The notes under the pieces were generated by a model, which searched no databases, was not told where the DNA came from, and was given only the letters and a program-made list of their open reading frames with translations. A stretch of DNA of 28,600 nucleotides from Candidatus Hydrogenedentota bacterium (GTDB lineage Bacteria > Hydrogenedentota > Hydrogenedentia > Hydrogenedentales > SLHB01): NCBI GenBank assembly GCA_034408725.1, contig JAWXCN010000114.1:1-28600 (forward strand), given 5' to 3'. Below, piece by piece: positions 16,490 to 26,274 of this stretch. Numbering within the stretch: the first letter of the stretch is position 1; each line of letters starts with the position of its first letter. The position numbers and the translations under genes were made by a program.

Positions 16490-17389
16490 CTAGCGGCGCA
16501 GCCGGGGCAACAGGCGTGGACGTTCCGCGGATTCACGACCGTCACCCGTGCCGCCGCGATCTGGAACTGTTTTCGCGGCGTCTGTCGGCGTACCAGGCGT
16601 GGGCATTGCCGCGGGAACTCCGGAGGCGGCGACATCGCCGTTTATTTCCGTCAGCAGCGCCAGAATTTGCGCACGAACACTTTGCCATTGCGTCAGCAGC
16701 GTAGGAGTGTCTGAATTGTTGAGGATGTTCTCGATGGAATCAATGCCGATGGTTTGTAACGCGATCATTTCGCGGAATCGTTGCAAGCGGCCCGGCTCGT
16801 AGCCCAAGGCGTTGTAATCGATCATCGCCTGGGAGAACAGCACCCAACCATCGCGCGCGGCGCCGTATGACACGCGGAGGGCTTCTACATCCGCGGTCGT
16901 GAGCGGTCGCCCCTGAAAACCGGTGATTGTAGTATTCAAACCCTCGAGAGCCGTCTGCAATCCGGTGGTCGATGCCCGAATGTCGATGACGCCGTTGCGG
17001 GTTTTCAGCGCCGTGAGTGTCGCGGCGGCGGCATCGATCTGCGCTTTTGCAGCGGGAAGGCTGTCGCCCGGCGTGATGGCGTTCACCGCGTTCAAAAGAT
17101 TCGTATTGATGGAATCGAAATTTGGGCGCCACGCGGTATCCGAGGTGGGCCATTGGCGGTACTGGCCATAACATTCCGCCCACCGGACATTCGCGACGTT
17201 TAACGAGCGCTTGAACGATTCCGAGTGACCCGCGGCGGCATCGCGTTGGGCCGCGGCAAACGCTGCGCTTGCCGCATCAAGCGCGCGGGTCAATTCCGCG
17301 TTTTGCGCGGGCTGGCCCTCGAGACCAACCTGCGCCATCGCATTGGCCACCATGATACAAACTATGCAAAAAGCGGCAAATGTCCGCAT
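16490..17389 (-). CDS. Hypothetical secreted Ala-rich alpha-helical protein
   Basis: GAGGTG SD, signal peptide ending ANAMA, low-complexity C-terminal tail. Confidence 0.75.
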   Translation of the reverse strand: MRTFAAFCIVCIMVANAMAQVGLEGQPAQNAELTRALDAASAAFAAAQRDAAAGHSESFKRSLNVANVRWAECYGQYRQWPTSDTAWRPNFDSINTNLLNAVNAITPGDSLPAAKAQIDAAAATLTALKTRNGVIDIRASTTGLQTALEGLNTTITGFQGRPLTTADVEALRVSYGAARDGWVLFSQAMIDYNALGYEPGRLQRFREMIALQTIGIDSIENILNNSDTPTLLTQWQSVRAQILALLTEINGDVAASGVPAAMPTPGTPTDAAKTVPDRGGTGDGRESAERPRLLPRLRR

Positions 17390-17683
17390 GATGAACACCT
17401 CATTCAGGTTTCGTGATGTTTAACAATGGCCGCTATTGTACCCCGGTACCGGGCGTTGACTACAGTCTGGGGCGAATCGGGGGTTCCACCGGTTTATACG
17501 AATGCGACGCTGTGGTATACTGTGAAAAGTATTCATAGTGGCGCAGGTGCAACCTCTGCCCGCTCTTGGGGTAAAGACTTTTTCGACAGTTTTGGGAAGG
17601 GTATTGGCGCCTACGGGTGGGCGCCAACGCTAAAACCGGGTTATCAGGTAGGCTCTCGACTTATGCCTTACGGAGGTCTCGTC

Positions 17684-18526
17684 GTGAAAAGAAATCAGGG
17701 CTTTACACTCATTGAACTGCTCGTCGTGATTGCCATTATCGGTATTCTCGCGGCGATTCTGCTGCCGGCGCTTGCGCGGGCGCGCGAAGCCGCGCGTCGT
17801 GCGTCGTGCCAGAACAATCTGAAGCAGATGGGCATTGTCTTCAAGATGTATACGGGAGAATCGAAGCGCGAACTTTTTCCGCCGAAGACCATCATTGCGA
17901 AGGACACGGAGTTGCCGTACCAAGTTGGCGACCTTCCCAGTTTCGCGCCCGAAATGGTCCACCTCTATCCCGAATATCTGACCGATGCCAATGTCATGTT
18001 GTGCCCCTCGGACCCGCAGGGTGGCGCTTTCCTATTTGACAAGACTGGCGATCCAGCCGAAATCTGGGTCGATTCAATCACCGGCAACATTGACGTGGTC
18101 CGGTTCAGCGCGGAAGGCGACGAGTCCTATGGTTATTTCGGGTTCGCTGTACCCGACAACTCCTGGTTACAGGGCTGGGCGCAACCTCTGGATGCGGCGG
18201 CCGCTTTGTTGCCGATATTCGAGAATCCGGATGCAGATTTCGATATCGTTCATCCGGCGCTCGGGAATCTCAAGGTGAACCGTCTGAAGGAAGGTATCGA
18301 GCGATTCTTCATTACTGACATCAATGACCCGACGCGGACGACGCAGTCGCAATCCACCATCGCGACCCTGTTTGATTCGGTAAGCCCGATTATCAGCAAC
18401 TACAACCACATTCCGGGGGGATCAAACGTCTTGTACATGGATGGACACGTCGAGTTTGTGCGCTATCCATCCGACCGGTTCCCGGTAACGACCGAGTTCG
18501 CGGAATTCGCCGGCCTGCTCGGCTAA
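17684..18526 (+). CDS. Prepilin-type N-terminal cleavage/methylation protein, DUF1559 with H-X9-DG motif
   Basis: [43 protein letters not shown] and [21 protein letters not shown] start after GGAGG. Confidence 0.93.
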   Translation: MKRNQGFTLIELLVVIAIIGILAAILLPALARAREAARRASCQNNLKQMGIVFKMYTGESKRELFPPKTIIAKDTELPYQVGDLPSFAPEMVHLYPEYLTDANVMLCPSDPQGGAFLFDKTGDPAEIWVDSITGNIDVVRFSAEGDESYGYFGFAVPDNSWLQGWAQPLDAAAALLPIFENPDADFDIVHPALGNLKVNRLKEGIERFFITDINDPTRTTQSQSTIATLFDSVSPIISNYNHIPGGSNVLYMDGHVEFVRYPSDRFPVTTEFAEFAGLLG

Positions 18527-18544
18527 CGCAAGCGGTAGAAAACT

Positions 18545-18590
18545 AAACCGGGGGCGGAGACATTCGGACCCGCCCCCGGTTTTTTTATTT
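18545..18590 (+). terminator. Intrinsic terminator between the convergent DUF1559 gene and tpx
   Basis: AAACCGGGGGCGG...CCGCCCCCGGTTTTTTT. Confidence 0.85.
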
Positions 18591-18592
18591 AT

Positions 18593-19114
18593 CTACGCGC
18601 CTGCCAATTCGCGGGCCTTGTCCAGCGGCGCATCGTAGGCCGGTTCCTGGGCCACTTCGGGCACGTACTCGGCATATTGAATAACACCATTGCCGTCGAC
18701 CACGAAGACCGCCCGTTGTTCGAGGCGCAGCTCCTTGATGTGCGTGCCATAAGCATCGCCAAAGCTCATGTCCCGATGATCGGACAGCGTCTTCACGGAA
18801 TTGCAGCCCGCGCTGCCGCACCAGCGCTTCTGCGCAAATGGCAGGTCGGCGCTGATGGTGTAACACACGACTTTGCCGCCGAGCTTGTCGATGGCCTCAT
18901 TGAACTTCCGCGTCTGCATGTCACAGACCGGCGTATCGAGCGAGGGCACAACGCTCAATACGCGCACCTTGCCTGCGTCTGTCGAAAGGCCCACCGGCGA
19001 AAGGTCGTTGGCGAGCAAGGAAAAGCCGGGGGCCTTGTCGCCCACCTTTAATTGCTTGCCAAGGACTGTCAATGGACTCCCCTTGAAAGTAAGCTCTCCC
19101 GTACGTTCCTGCAT
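18593..19114 (-). CDS. tpx: Thiol peroxidase (atypical 2-Cys peroxiredoxin)
   Basis: VPSLDTPVCDMQTRKFN, ISADLPFAQKRWC, RAVFVVD. Confidence 0.95.
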   Translation of the reverse strand: MQERTGELTFKGSPLTVLGKQLKVGDKAPGFSLLANDLSPVGLSTDAGKVRVLSVVPSLDTPVCDMQTRKFNEAIDKLGGKVVCYTISADLPFAQKRWCGSAGCNSVKTLSDHRDMSFGDAYGTHIKELRLEQRAVFVVDGNGVIQYAEYVPEVAQEPAYDAPLDKARELAGA

Positions 19115-19159
19115 AATAATCTCCTTCCAGTTCCGTTAACGTGCACCCAGCCCGAATCG

Positions 19160-19963
19160 TTAGAACAAATACGCCAATAGGACAATTCCGCCCAATACAA
19201 TCCGATAAATGCCAAACGCGGTAAAATCGTGCCGTTGAATGTAGCGCATCAGGAACGCAACCGCCACATACGCCGTTGCGAACGATACCACCGAGCCAAT
19301 CGCGACCAATGCCCACTGTTCGGATGTAAATATCAGCCCACTTTTTGCAATCGTGTACACGCACGCGCCCAGCATTGTCGGTATCGCGAGAAAAAATGAA
19401 AACTCCGCCGCGGCGGCGCGCGACGTGCCCAGAATCATCGCGCCGATGATTGTCGCCGCGGACCTTGATGTGCCGGGAACCATCGCGAGGCACTGAAAGA
19501 GACCGATCCCCATGGAAACCGCGAATGGCACGTCGTGTACGGTCTCGAATCGCGTTTGGTGTTTAAGCCGTTCGAGCAGTATAAGAATGATCCCGCCAAC
19601 CACCAGCGCAATCGCGACGGGAATGGGGGCGAACAAGTAGTGTTCGATGAGATCGTCGAACAGCAGCCCCATGACAACAGCGGGAATTACGGCCGCGCAA
19701 ATGTTGAACCAGAGCGAGAGTGTCTTGCTCTGGTGCGCCTCGTCTCCGGAAAAGGGCCACAACTTGCGCCAGAAGTACACCGCCACGGCCGCAATCGCCG
19801 GCAACTGGATCATCACGATGAACGCATCGGGAAACGCCGAATCGGGCGTTGCGCTCAACGGGAAATAGTTCATCACCAGAATCATGTGCCCGGTACTGCT
19901 GATGGGCAGGAATTCGGTAAGCCCTTCGACCACCGCCAGGACAATGGCGTTAATATAGAGCAA
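19160..19963 (-). CDS. uppP: Undecaprenyl-diphosphate phosphatase (BacA)
   Basis: VEGLTEFLPISSTGH, PGTSRS, AAEFSFFLAIP. Confidence 0.96.
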   Translation of the reverse strand: MLYINAIVLAVVEGLTEFLPISSTGHMILVMNYFPLSATPDSAFPDAFIVMIQLPAIAAVAVYFWRKLWPFSGDEAHQSKTLSLWFNICAAVIPAVVMGLLFDDLIEHYLFAPIPVAIALVVGGIILILLERLKHQTRFETVHDVPFAVSMGIGLFQCLAMVPGTSRSAATIIGAMILGTSRAAAAEFSFFLAIPTMLGACVYTIAKSGLIFTSEQWALVAIGSVVSFATAYVAVAFLMRYIQRHDFTAFGIYRIVLGGIVLLAYLF

Positions 19964-20066
19964 TCGCGGACCTCGTGTTGGCGTATCGCGAAAACCGGAG
20001 AATCGGATCCGGCACTACGTCAACGGCAGCGCCGGACTCCGATTCGGTGTATCGCCAAGTCACGCG

Positions 20067-20582
20067 TTACCCTTTGCGCGGAAACTTCTTATCAAGCACC
20101 GCGTTCCACTCATCCACTTGCTTTTGTGTCTTTGCAAAAAGTTCGGACGTGTCTCCTTCGATATCCACGCCTTCGATCCGATCATTCTGCGAGATGCTGT
20201 CGACAATCGACTGCCCATCCGGCCCTGTCACCGCGCCGAACACTGTGTGCTTGCCATCAAGCCAGTCTGTCGGCACGTGCGTAATGAAAAATTGGCTGCC
20301 GTTAGTTCCCGGTCCGGAGTTTGCCATCGAAAGAATTCCCGGCCGGCTGTGTTTCAGCGCGGGCGTACATTCGTCTTTGAAATTGTAACCGGGTCCGCCG
20401 GTCCCCGTGCCAAGCGGACAACCGCCCTGCACCATGAAGTTCGGAATGACACGGTGGAATTTCAGGCCGTCGTAGTACCCGCGTTGCGCGAGGTTCACAA
20501 AGTTGGAAACTGTCGCCGGCGCTTCGTCCGGGAAGAGTTTAATTTGAATCGGGCCTTTGTTCGTGCGGATTGTTGCATGCAT
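20067..20582 (-). CDS. Cyclophilin-type peptidyl-prolyl cis-trans isomerase
   Basis: [42 protein letters not shown]. Confidence 0.96.
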   Translation of the reverse strand: MHATIRTNKGPIQIKLFPDEAPATVSNFVNLAQRGYYDGLKFHRVIPNFMVQGGCPLGTGTGGPGYNFKDECTPALKHSRPGILSMANSGPGTNGSQFFITHVPTDWLDGKHTVFGAVTGPDGQSIVDSISQNDRIEGVDIEGDTSELFAKTQKQVDEWNAVLDKKFPRKG

Positions 20583-20786
20583 GGTCTGTTACCTCCAGCC
20601 GGGGATTCTAGCATATTACGCGCGGCCTGCATGCCATGTGGACTCAAGGAGGATCGCGTGCGGTTGATTTTGAGACGCTTGATTGTATTTCACAGGATCT
20701 GGCGGCAACCCATGAGCGCGTAGAGTCTTGTCGAAAACGAGCGCTGGTTTAATCTGAGCGAGAAAAAACAGCTACAATTGTCGCAT

Positions 20787-20817
20787 TTGACACATCAGAC
20801 GTAAGATGTTATCTTAC
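20787..20817 (+). promoter_or_regulatory. TA operon promoter with palindromic operator
   Basis: TTGACA-N17-TATCTT with TG extension. Inverted repeat GTAAGAT-GTT-ATCTTAC (20801-20817) covers the -10. Confidence 0.75.
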
Positions 20818-20821
20818 CTCT

Positions 20822-21073
20822 ATGAAAACTTCTGTGTCATCCAAAGGCCAAATTGTCCTGCCGGTCGAAATTAGGCGACAAGACCAAATTCAGCCGGGCC
20901 AGGTATTCGAAGTGCAACGCATCAAACGCGGCGAGTATCGGCTAAAACGCACGGCCCGTCCCCGTAATGAGGGGTTGCTCGAACTTTTGTTGGCCTGCCC
21001 GGTAAAGGATTGGTTCGAGCCGTTGGACCGCACTGAAACTACAGACGATATCCACAACCCCACACTAAAATGA
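20822..21073 (+). CDS. AbrB/MazE-family antitoxin
   Basis: SSKGQIVLPVEIRR...IQPG AbrB motif. ATGA overlap with the toxin gene. Confidence 0.9.
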   Translation: MKTSVSSKGQIVLPVEIRRQDQIQPGQVFEVQRIKRGEYRLKRTARPRNEGLLELLLACPVKDWFEPLDRTETTDDIHNPTLK

Positions 21074-21477
21074 ATTACCTCGTTGATTCGAATGTACTGA
21101 GCGAGCCAACCCGCACCGCGCCAAATCCAAAAGTCACTGCATGGTTGTCGGATCATATGAGCTCAATTTTCATAGACCCTATTATCCTTGGTGAACTTCG
21201 CATCGGGATTCTGGCACTACCGAGCGGGAAAAAGCGTGTCCAACTTGAAAAATGGTTTGATTCCGTCATCTCTTCAATTGAATGCTTGCCATGGGACCGG
21301 GTAACGAGTCTACGCTGGGCGCAATTGATCTCAGATTTAAGGCGCAAGGGTCAAGCACTGCCGTTAATCGACAGCATGATCGCGGCTACCGCATTGGCCC
21401 ACGGACTTACCATCGCGACTCGTAATAGTCGCGATTTTAGGCGCTCAGGAGTTAAGGTGATAAACCCATTCGATTGA
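21070..21477 (+). CDS. vapC: VapC-family PIN toxin
   Basis: YLVDSNVLSE, GELRIG, DSMIAATALAHGLTIATRNSRDF, INPF. Confidence 0.92.
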   Translation: MNYLVDSNVLSEPTRTAPNPKVTAWLSDHMSSIFIDPIILGELRIGILALPSGKKRVQLEKWFDSVISSIECLPWDRVTSLRWAQLISDLRRKGQALPLIDSMIAATALAHGLTIATRNSRDFRRSGVKVINPFD

Positions 21478-21486
21478 TGTGCGGTT

Positions 21487-23808
21487 TTAAGGACTCTCGA
21501 CCTTCGACCACGCATCCACATTCGCCAACAGCCACCGGCAATTTACAACCTTCTCCACCAAATCCAGCGGCAGATAAAAATATTGACATGACGGCTCAAA
21601 TCCGATCCGTGAATCTTCCTGGGTAAGCGTGTACAATTCACGGGCCAGCGCAATTTCGGATTCGAGCAGCTTTTTAATCTCGCCGCGCAGGGCTTCGCGC
21701 TCTTCCGCCGTCAACGTGTTCGCGGGATCGATCAGCTTGTTCCGCGCGAACACGAATCGCGATTGGTTTGCGACGGACTGAAAATGAATGCCGGCCGCGC
21801 GCGCATACACCAAATCCGCTTCAGCTTCCTCGCGATTTGCGGCCGGCGCTTTCTCCACCGCCTGCTGCAACTCGGCAACACCCGGCTTCCACCCCTCCGC
21901 AACTTTCTCAAACTGCTGCGCGAAAATATCCGGCGGGTACGGCCCGCGCCATCCATCCAGATCATCGTAGGGAATGCCCCACATCGTCGCCGAGTAGCCC
22001 GTTCGCGCGGGATACAACGGGTTCGCCGCGCCCCACTGCACAGGCGACGTATAGATCACGCTGATGTGAAACGGATACTCGCGAAACGCGTTGCTCGTCA
22101 ACGTCCACGCTTTTCGCGCATGCGGCGCGCCCTCCACGCCGAACCGTTCCATCGCCAACTCATCCAAGACGATGTTTACTTCCCGCACGGGTTTTCGGTT
22201 TACCCGCTCAGCCACCTGAAAGTTTGGCGAGGGATACCCGCCCATTGTCCAGCCGATGAACATCGCATTCAGATCGACCTTCGACCGCAGGTTATCGCAA
22301 TGTTCGGCAATGAGGTCGAGCACCGGCAGATACGGAATGCTTGCGATCTCGCAGGTGTTGTTGAACTGAATTTCCGTGCCGATCTTTAACCCCAGTTCGC
22401 GCGCGACCTTCCAATGGCTCTGCGAACGCGGCCCCGGCCCCACCGCGGAAATGGAATATTCGCCCACCGTGCTTTTGATGCCGCCGCGCTCGATCGGCAA
22501 ATGCCATTCGCTGACCGACATCAGCCACACCGATTTCGGCAGCAGCGCGATGATGTCCGGCGCGTCGCCGTGTCCGCGCCAACCCCAGTCCGACACCAGC
22601 ACGTGCGCATCCGGATCGCCGCGATGCACGCCTTGTTCGATCACGGTGTTCACCTCGGCAATAATGTCCGCATCCGTTCGATCCTTGCAGCGTTCGCACG
22701 ATTTCCAATCGCCGTGCGACGCGCAGTTCGTCAGATTCTCCGATGCGGTTATCGTGTACACGCCGCCGAGGCCCGGCACCTCGCGGAAAATATGCGCGAG
22801 CGCATTACCCATCCACTCGCGCACCGCGGGTTGCGACGTACACATAGCCGTCAGGTGCGTCTCGCGCGCACCGGCCAACTCTGGCCTGTTTGCGAAAAAC
22901 GCCGGCGGCATGCCCCGAGGCTCGTTCATATAAAGATAGAGCCGTATGCCGTATTTCTGCGTGCGCTCCGCCAAAGCGCGCAGATTCTTTAGCCGCGTTT
23001 CGTGATCCTCTCCGAATTCGGGAAACGCCTCGCCGCCCGGCGCAAGATCGCGCAACACCGCGTGCAACCACACACCGTTAATCCCCGACGCCGCGAGCCG
23101 CTGCAACAAACCATCCGGATACGGATTCAACTGCGGACTCAACAGCGGATCGCCAAACACCGCCACATACGAATGCACGATTCGCAACGATTCAGGCCGG
23201 TCCGCCGCAACTTCGGGCGCGGGCACATCTGGAAGCGGATCGCGTATCTGCCGCACGAAATCGAAACGCGGTTCGCCAGTCTGTTTTATGGCGTCGCCAA
23301 AATCCTTTTTCACAACGGCGCGGATCTCCGCGGCCCGCGCCTTCGCAGCGTCATTCGGCGCGATGTACCGCAGCGGATCGCATTGCGGCTTGATCTGGCC
23401 GAGCTTGTGCCAAAGAAAATCTTCTTCCCGCAACATCACCGACAATTGCTCCGGCGTCAGTTCCAACAGTTCGAGCAGTTGCTCGTACGGCAACAAATGC
23501 CAGTTGCGGCGAATCAGCGTCACATACCCGCGCGCGCGCATCTCCGGCACGACAACCGATTGCGCGGGCAGACCCATTGACACTGCGATTGCCGTCACGT
23601 CATCGACCGACGCGCCAATCAACTTTGCGATTTTCGCCGGCTCGACCGCATTCCAATTCCGCCAGATGAATTCATGTACGCGATCCGGAAAGTGTTGGGT
23701 TACAACCGCTGGCTTCGCAGGTCCTGTGGGCAACACGGCATCGTCGGCAAACACAGTACAAACCGCGCCTAGAAATAGCGCTCCATAAAAGCAGCTTTGT
23801 TTTAACAT
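21487..23808 (-). CDS. Large secreted hypothetical protein, possible TIM-barrel glycoside hydrolase-like
   Basis: Signal peptide. GINGVWL, YGIRLYLYMNEP, ITASENLTNCASH...CERC, SDWGW. Confidence 0.65.
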   Translation of the reverse strand: MLKQSCFYGALFLGAVCTVFADDAVLPTGPAKPAVVTQHFPDRVHEFIWRNWNAVEPAKIAKLIGASVDDVTAIAVSMGLPAQSVVVPEMRARGYVTLIRRNWHLLPYEQLLELLELTPEQLSVMLREEDFLWHKLGQIKPQCDPLRYIAPNDAAKARAAEIRAVVKKDFGDAIKQTGEPRFDFVRQIRDPLPDVPAPEVAADRPESLRIVHSYVAVFGDPLLSPQLNPYPDGLLQRLAASGINGVWLHAVLRDLAPGGEAFPEFGEDHETRLKNLRALAERTQKYGIRLYLYMNEPRGMPPAFFANRPELAGARETHLTAMCTSQPAVREWMGNALAHIFREVPGLGGVYTITASENLTNCASHGDWKSCERCKDRTDADIIAEVNTVIEQGVHRGDPDAHVLVSDWGWRGHGDAPDIIALLPKSVWLMSVSEWHLPIERGGIKSTVGEYSISAVGPGPRSQSHWKVARELGLKIGTEIQFNNTCEIASIPYLPVLDLIAEHCDNLRSKVDLNAMFIGWTMGGYPSPNFQVAERVNRKPVREVNIVLDELAMERFGVEGAPHARKAWTLTSNAFREYPFHISVIYTSPVQWGAANPLYPARTGYSATMWGIPYDDLDGWRGPYPPDIFAQQFEKVAEGWKPGVAELQQAVEKAPAANREEAEADLVYARAAGIHFQSVANQSRFVFARNKLIDPANTLTAEEREALRGEIKKLLESEIALARELYTLTQEDSRIGFEPSCQYFYLPLDLVEKVVNCRWLLANVDAWSKVESP

Positions 23809-23907
23809 GGAATAAACACCTGAATTTTTGTAGGATCGGATATTCTCGAACTGTAACGAGCGGTGGCGCTACTGTGACATCGTTTTGTATGCACAGCGCT
23901 GCGTCGA

Positions 23908-24984
23908 TCAGAATTTTCGTCCCTCATCCATCCGATCCAATAACGCGGCGTTGTTATCTATATCCACGCCTGACAAAAGCCCACCGCTTCCAGAAGTTGG
24001 CGAGGCTATTGCGTGGACAAAATACTTTCGCACATACAAAAGGTACCCCAGCCAAATTACGGGAAATAAAGCGTAAAACAGAATCATCTTTCGCACCTGC
24101 GGTAGCATCTGTTCAACTTGTTCGAGCTGCAGAGGCGACATACCCATCAATTGATAATAGTCCATCAGATTATGGCGATAGAACGTCACAACTGTGGAGA
24201 CGCTTAACAATGTGACAGCAACCATCGCGACCCACCACGCTTTTATATTCAGTCTATAGGCGCCCCACGCCACATATAGAAACGACACCATAACCGCCAT
24301 TGCGAATAGCGCGCCGGCCCAGCCGGTGACGATAAATCCAAAGAATGGAAGTGCCCATCGATAGATGCCCAGAGACAACATGGAGAGGCCTATAAAGCAA
24401 GCCCATACGCTCAGTCCGAGCACAGGCAACGGACACGCATCTGTCCACCGCGCTTTTGGGTCTTTCGCTTCGCACGTTGCCTTCACGTGCCTGCTGCCGT
24501 AGAAAAGGATTAACGCGCCTGGAATTAGCACGAAAACAATTACCATGAACACCATGAAGAAAACCTTCATAAGGACTACCGCGCCTTCCGGCAACTGGCC
24601 TTTCGCTCCCATATCATCGTAAAGAGCGGGCACGAAAAACATAAAGGCAAGCGTGCCGACGATCCCCATGACGAGCCAAATCCAGGAGGAGACCAACGTT
24701 AGCGCACGAGCCCAACGCCGCGCTAGTATAGAGCCGACCCCCATGCTGATAAACCATACTGCCGCGATCGCATACATCACAAACCCCGGGATCATGGCTG
24801 TCATGTCCGTTCCATTCGCAGTACCGGCTTCCGACGAAGCCAACACCGCCGCGCCCACCACCAGCAGGATCTCCACCAGCCCGCTTAAAATGCCCAGTAG
24901 ACATTGCGCGATGCCAAACACCACCAACCCAATCGTGCGATCCTTGTAGTCGGAAACTGGTTGGATCGCGTAGGCATCTGTCAT
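23908..24984 (-). CDS. Polytopic membrane protein of unknown function with a vapB-like C-terminal tail
   Basis: Many hydrophobic segments, an internal duplication-like pattern (ARRWAR / NIKAWW), and a GGAG SD. Confidence 0.8.
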   Translation of the reverse strand: MTDAYAIQPVSDYKDRTIGLVVFGIAQCLLGILSGLVEILLVVGAAVLASSEAGTANGTDMTAMIPGFVMYAIAAVWFISMGVGSILARRWARALTLVSSWIWLVMGIVGTLAFMFFVPALYDDMGAKGQLPEGAVVLMKVFFMVFMVIVFVLIPGALILFYGSRHVKATCEAKDPKARWTDACPLPVLGLSVWACFIGLSMLSLGIYRWALPFFGFIVTGWAGALFAMAVMVSFLYVAWGAYRLNIKAWWVAMVAVTLLSVSTVVTFYRHNLMDYYQLMGMSPLQLEQVEQMLPQVRKMILFYALFPVIWLGYLLYVRKYFVHAIASPTSGSGGLLSGVDIDNNAALLDRMDEGRKF

Positions 24985-25251
24985 TCGGTCACTCCTTGTA
25001 GCACCGGATTCAAAACCATCCTACGCCCATATTGCAGAGCGTATCCATCTTTCCACTTAGCGCCCAATTGACAAATCGCAGCAACAGGTACAGAGCTAAT
25101 GAGTGGCGAAGTCTGATTGCGCAACGGACGCACGCCCAAAAACCCGCCACAGGACGTGCTGCACTCAATTTTAGACGGAGGTACGACGTTGGCCGTGACA
25201 TGTTGCTCGCCGGACTGGAGTGTTTACTTACGCCAATTCGCGCGGAGCGCC

Positions 25252-25283
25252 TTGGAGTGCGGCTGCGGTAGCTGCCGCTTTGG
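25252..25283 (+). repeat. REP-like family A copy
   Basis: TTGGAGTGCGGCTGCGGTAGCTGCCGCTTTGG. Confidence 0.65.
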
Positions 25284-25360
25284 GAAGGCCGTCTACCTAA
25301 CCCTATTTAAGCGATACGAAGCGCAGGAGGCTTTCGACGAGAAAGAGGCAACTAACTGCC

Positions 25361-25387
25361 TGTCTTTTTTGGACGCGGCTGTTCGTC
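25361..25387 (+). promoter_or_regulatory. Putative ECF42-type promoter
   Basis: TGTC-N19-CGTC upstream of the first DGPF gene. Confidence 0.55.
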
Positions 25388-25432
25388 GTATGGTAGAAGT
25401 TGACTGGGCGAAACCAAACAGGAGATGGTGCG

Positions 25433-25861
25433 ATGCGGTGCATGGTGATTGTAAAAGCGGACAAAAATACGGAAGCGGGCGAAATGCCCAGCGAGCAGTT
25501 GTTGGCGGAGATGGGGCGGTATAACGAGGAATTGGTGAATGCGGGGATTATGCTCGCGGGCGAGGGGTTGCACCCGAGCTCGAAAGGGGCGCGAATCCGG
25601 TTCTCGGGCGCCACGCGGTCCGTGATTGACGGGCCCTTTCCAGAGACGAAGGAGCTCATCGCCGGGTTCTGGTTATGGGAAGTGAAGTCGCTGGACGAGG
25701 CCATTGAATGGGCGAAGCGTTGTCCGAATCCCACCGGAGCAGAGTCGGAACTGGAGATTCGGCAAATATTCGAGGCGGATGATTTCGGCGCGGAGTTCAC
25801 CCCCGAGCTTCGCGAGCAAGAGGAGCGGCTGCGCACGAAGATCGAGGCAAACAAAAAGTAG
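25433..25861 (+). CDS. YciI/DGPF-family protein
   Basis: GEGLHPSSKGARI, VIDGPFPETKELIAGFW, EAIEWAKRCP, ELEIR. ATG after AGGAG. Confidence 0.92.
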   Translation: MRCMVIVKADKNTEAGEMPSEQLLAEMGRYNEELVNAGIMLAGEGLHPSSKGARIRFSGATRSVIDGPFPETKELIAGFWLWEVKSLDEAIEWAKRCPNPTGAESELEIRQIFEADDFGAEFTPELREQEERLRTKIEANKK

Positions 25862-25885
25862 CCGCGAGCGAAAAGGGAGACGAAC

Positions 25886-26242
25886 ATGAAGTATGTCGAT
25901 GGATTCGTGTTGCCGGTGCCGAAGAAAAATATCCAGGCGTACCTGCGGATGTCGAAGAAAGCCGGAAAAATCTGGATGGAACACGGCGCGCTCGAATATC
26001 GGGAGTGCGTGGGCGAAGACCTGAAAGTGAAAGGGATGGCGGGGTTTCCGCCGTTGATGAAGTGCAAGCCAAGCGAGACGGTGGTGTTTTCGTGGATCGT
26101 CTACAAGTCGCGGAAGCATCGCGACAGCGTGAACAAGAAGGTCATGACGGACCCGCGTTTGTCGAAGATGGGACCAAAAACAATGCCGTTTGACATGAAG
26201 CGCATGGTGTACGGCGGGTTCGAGGTAATGGTGGATTTGTAG
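25886..26242 (+). CDS. DUF1428 (YbaA-like) protein
   Basis: YVDGFVLPVP, HGALEYRECVGED, ETVVFSWI, MPFDMKRMVYGGF. Confidence 0.9.
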   Translation: MKYVDGFVLPVPKKNIQAYLRMSKKAGKIWMEHGALEYRECVGEDLKVKGMAGFPPLMKCKPSETVVFSWIVYKSRKHRDSVNKKVMTDPRLSKMGPKTMPFDMKRMVYGGFEVMVDL

Positions 26243-26274
26243 AAGCATGAGCAGGGTGCAACAGGATTATTCGT

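Noticed and set aside
16265..16714. 149-aa repeat protein
   Set aside because: No SD, explained by the 39-bp repeat, and its 3' half is antisense to a credible gene.
17426..17683. N-terminal extension of the DUF1559 ORF
   Set aside because: The prepilin motif and GGAGG SD place the start at GTG 17684.
25303..26248. Long antisense ORFs (254 aa and 191 aa) and similar shadow ORFs elsewhere
   Set aside because: Typical GC-rich antisense shadows of well-supported genes, with no motifs.
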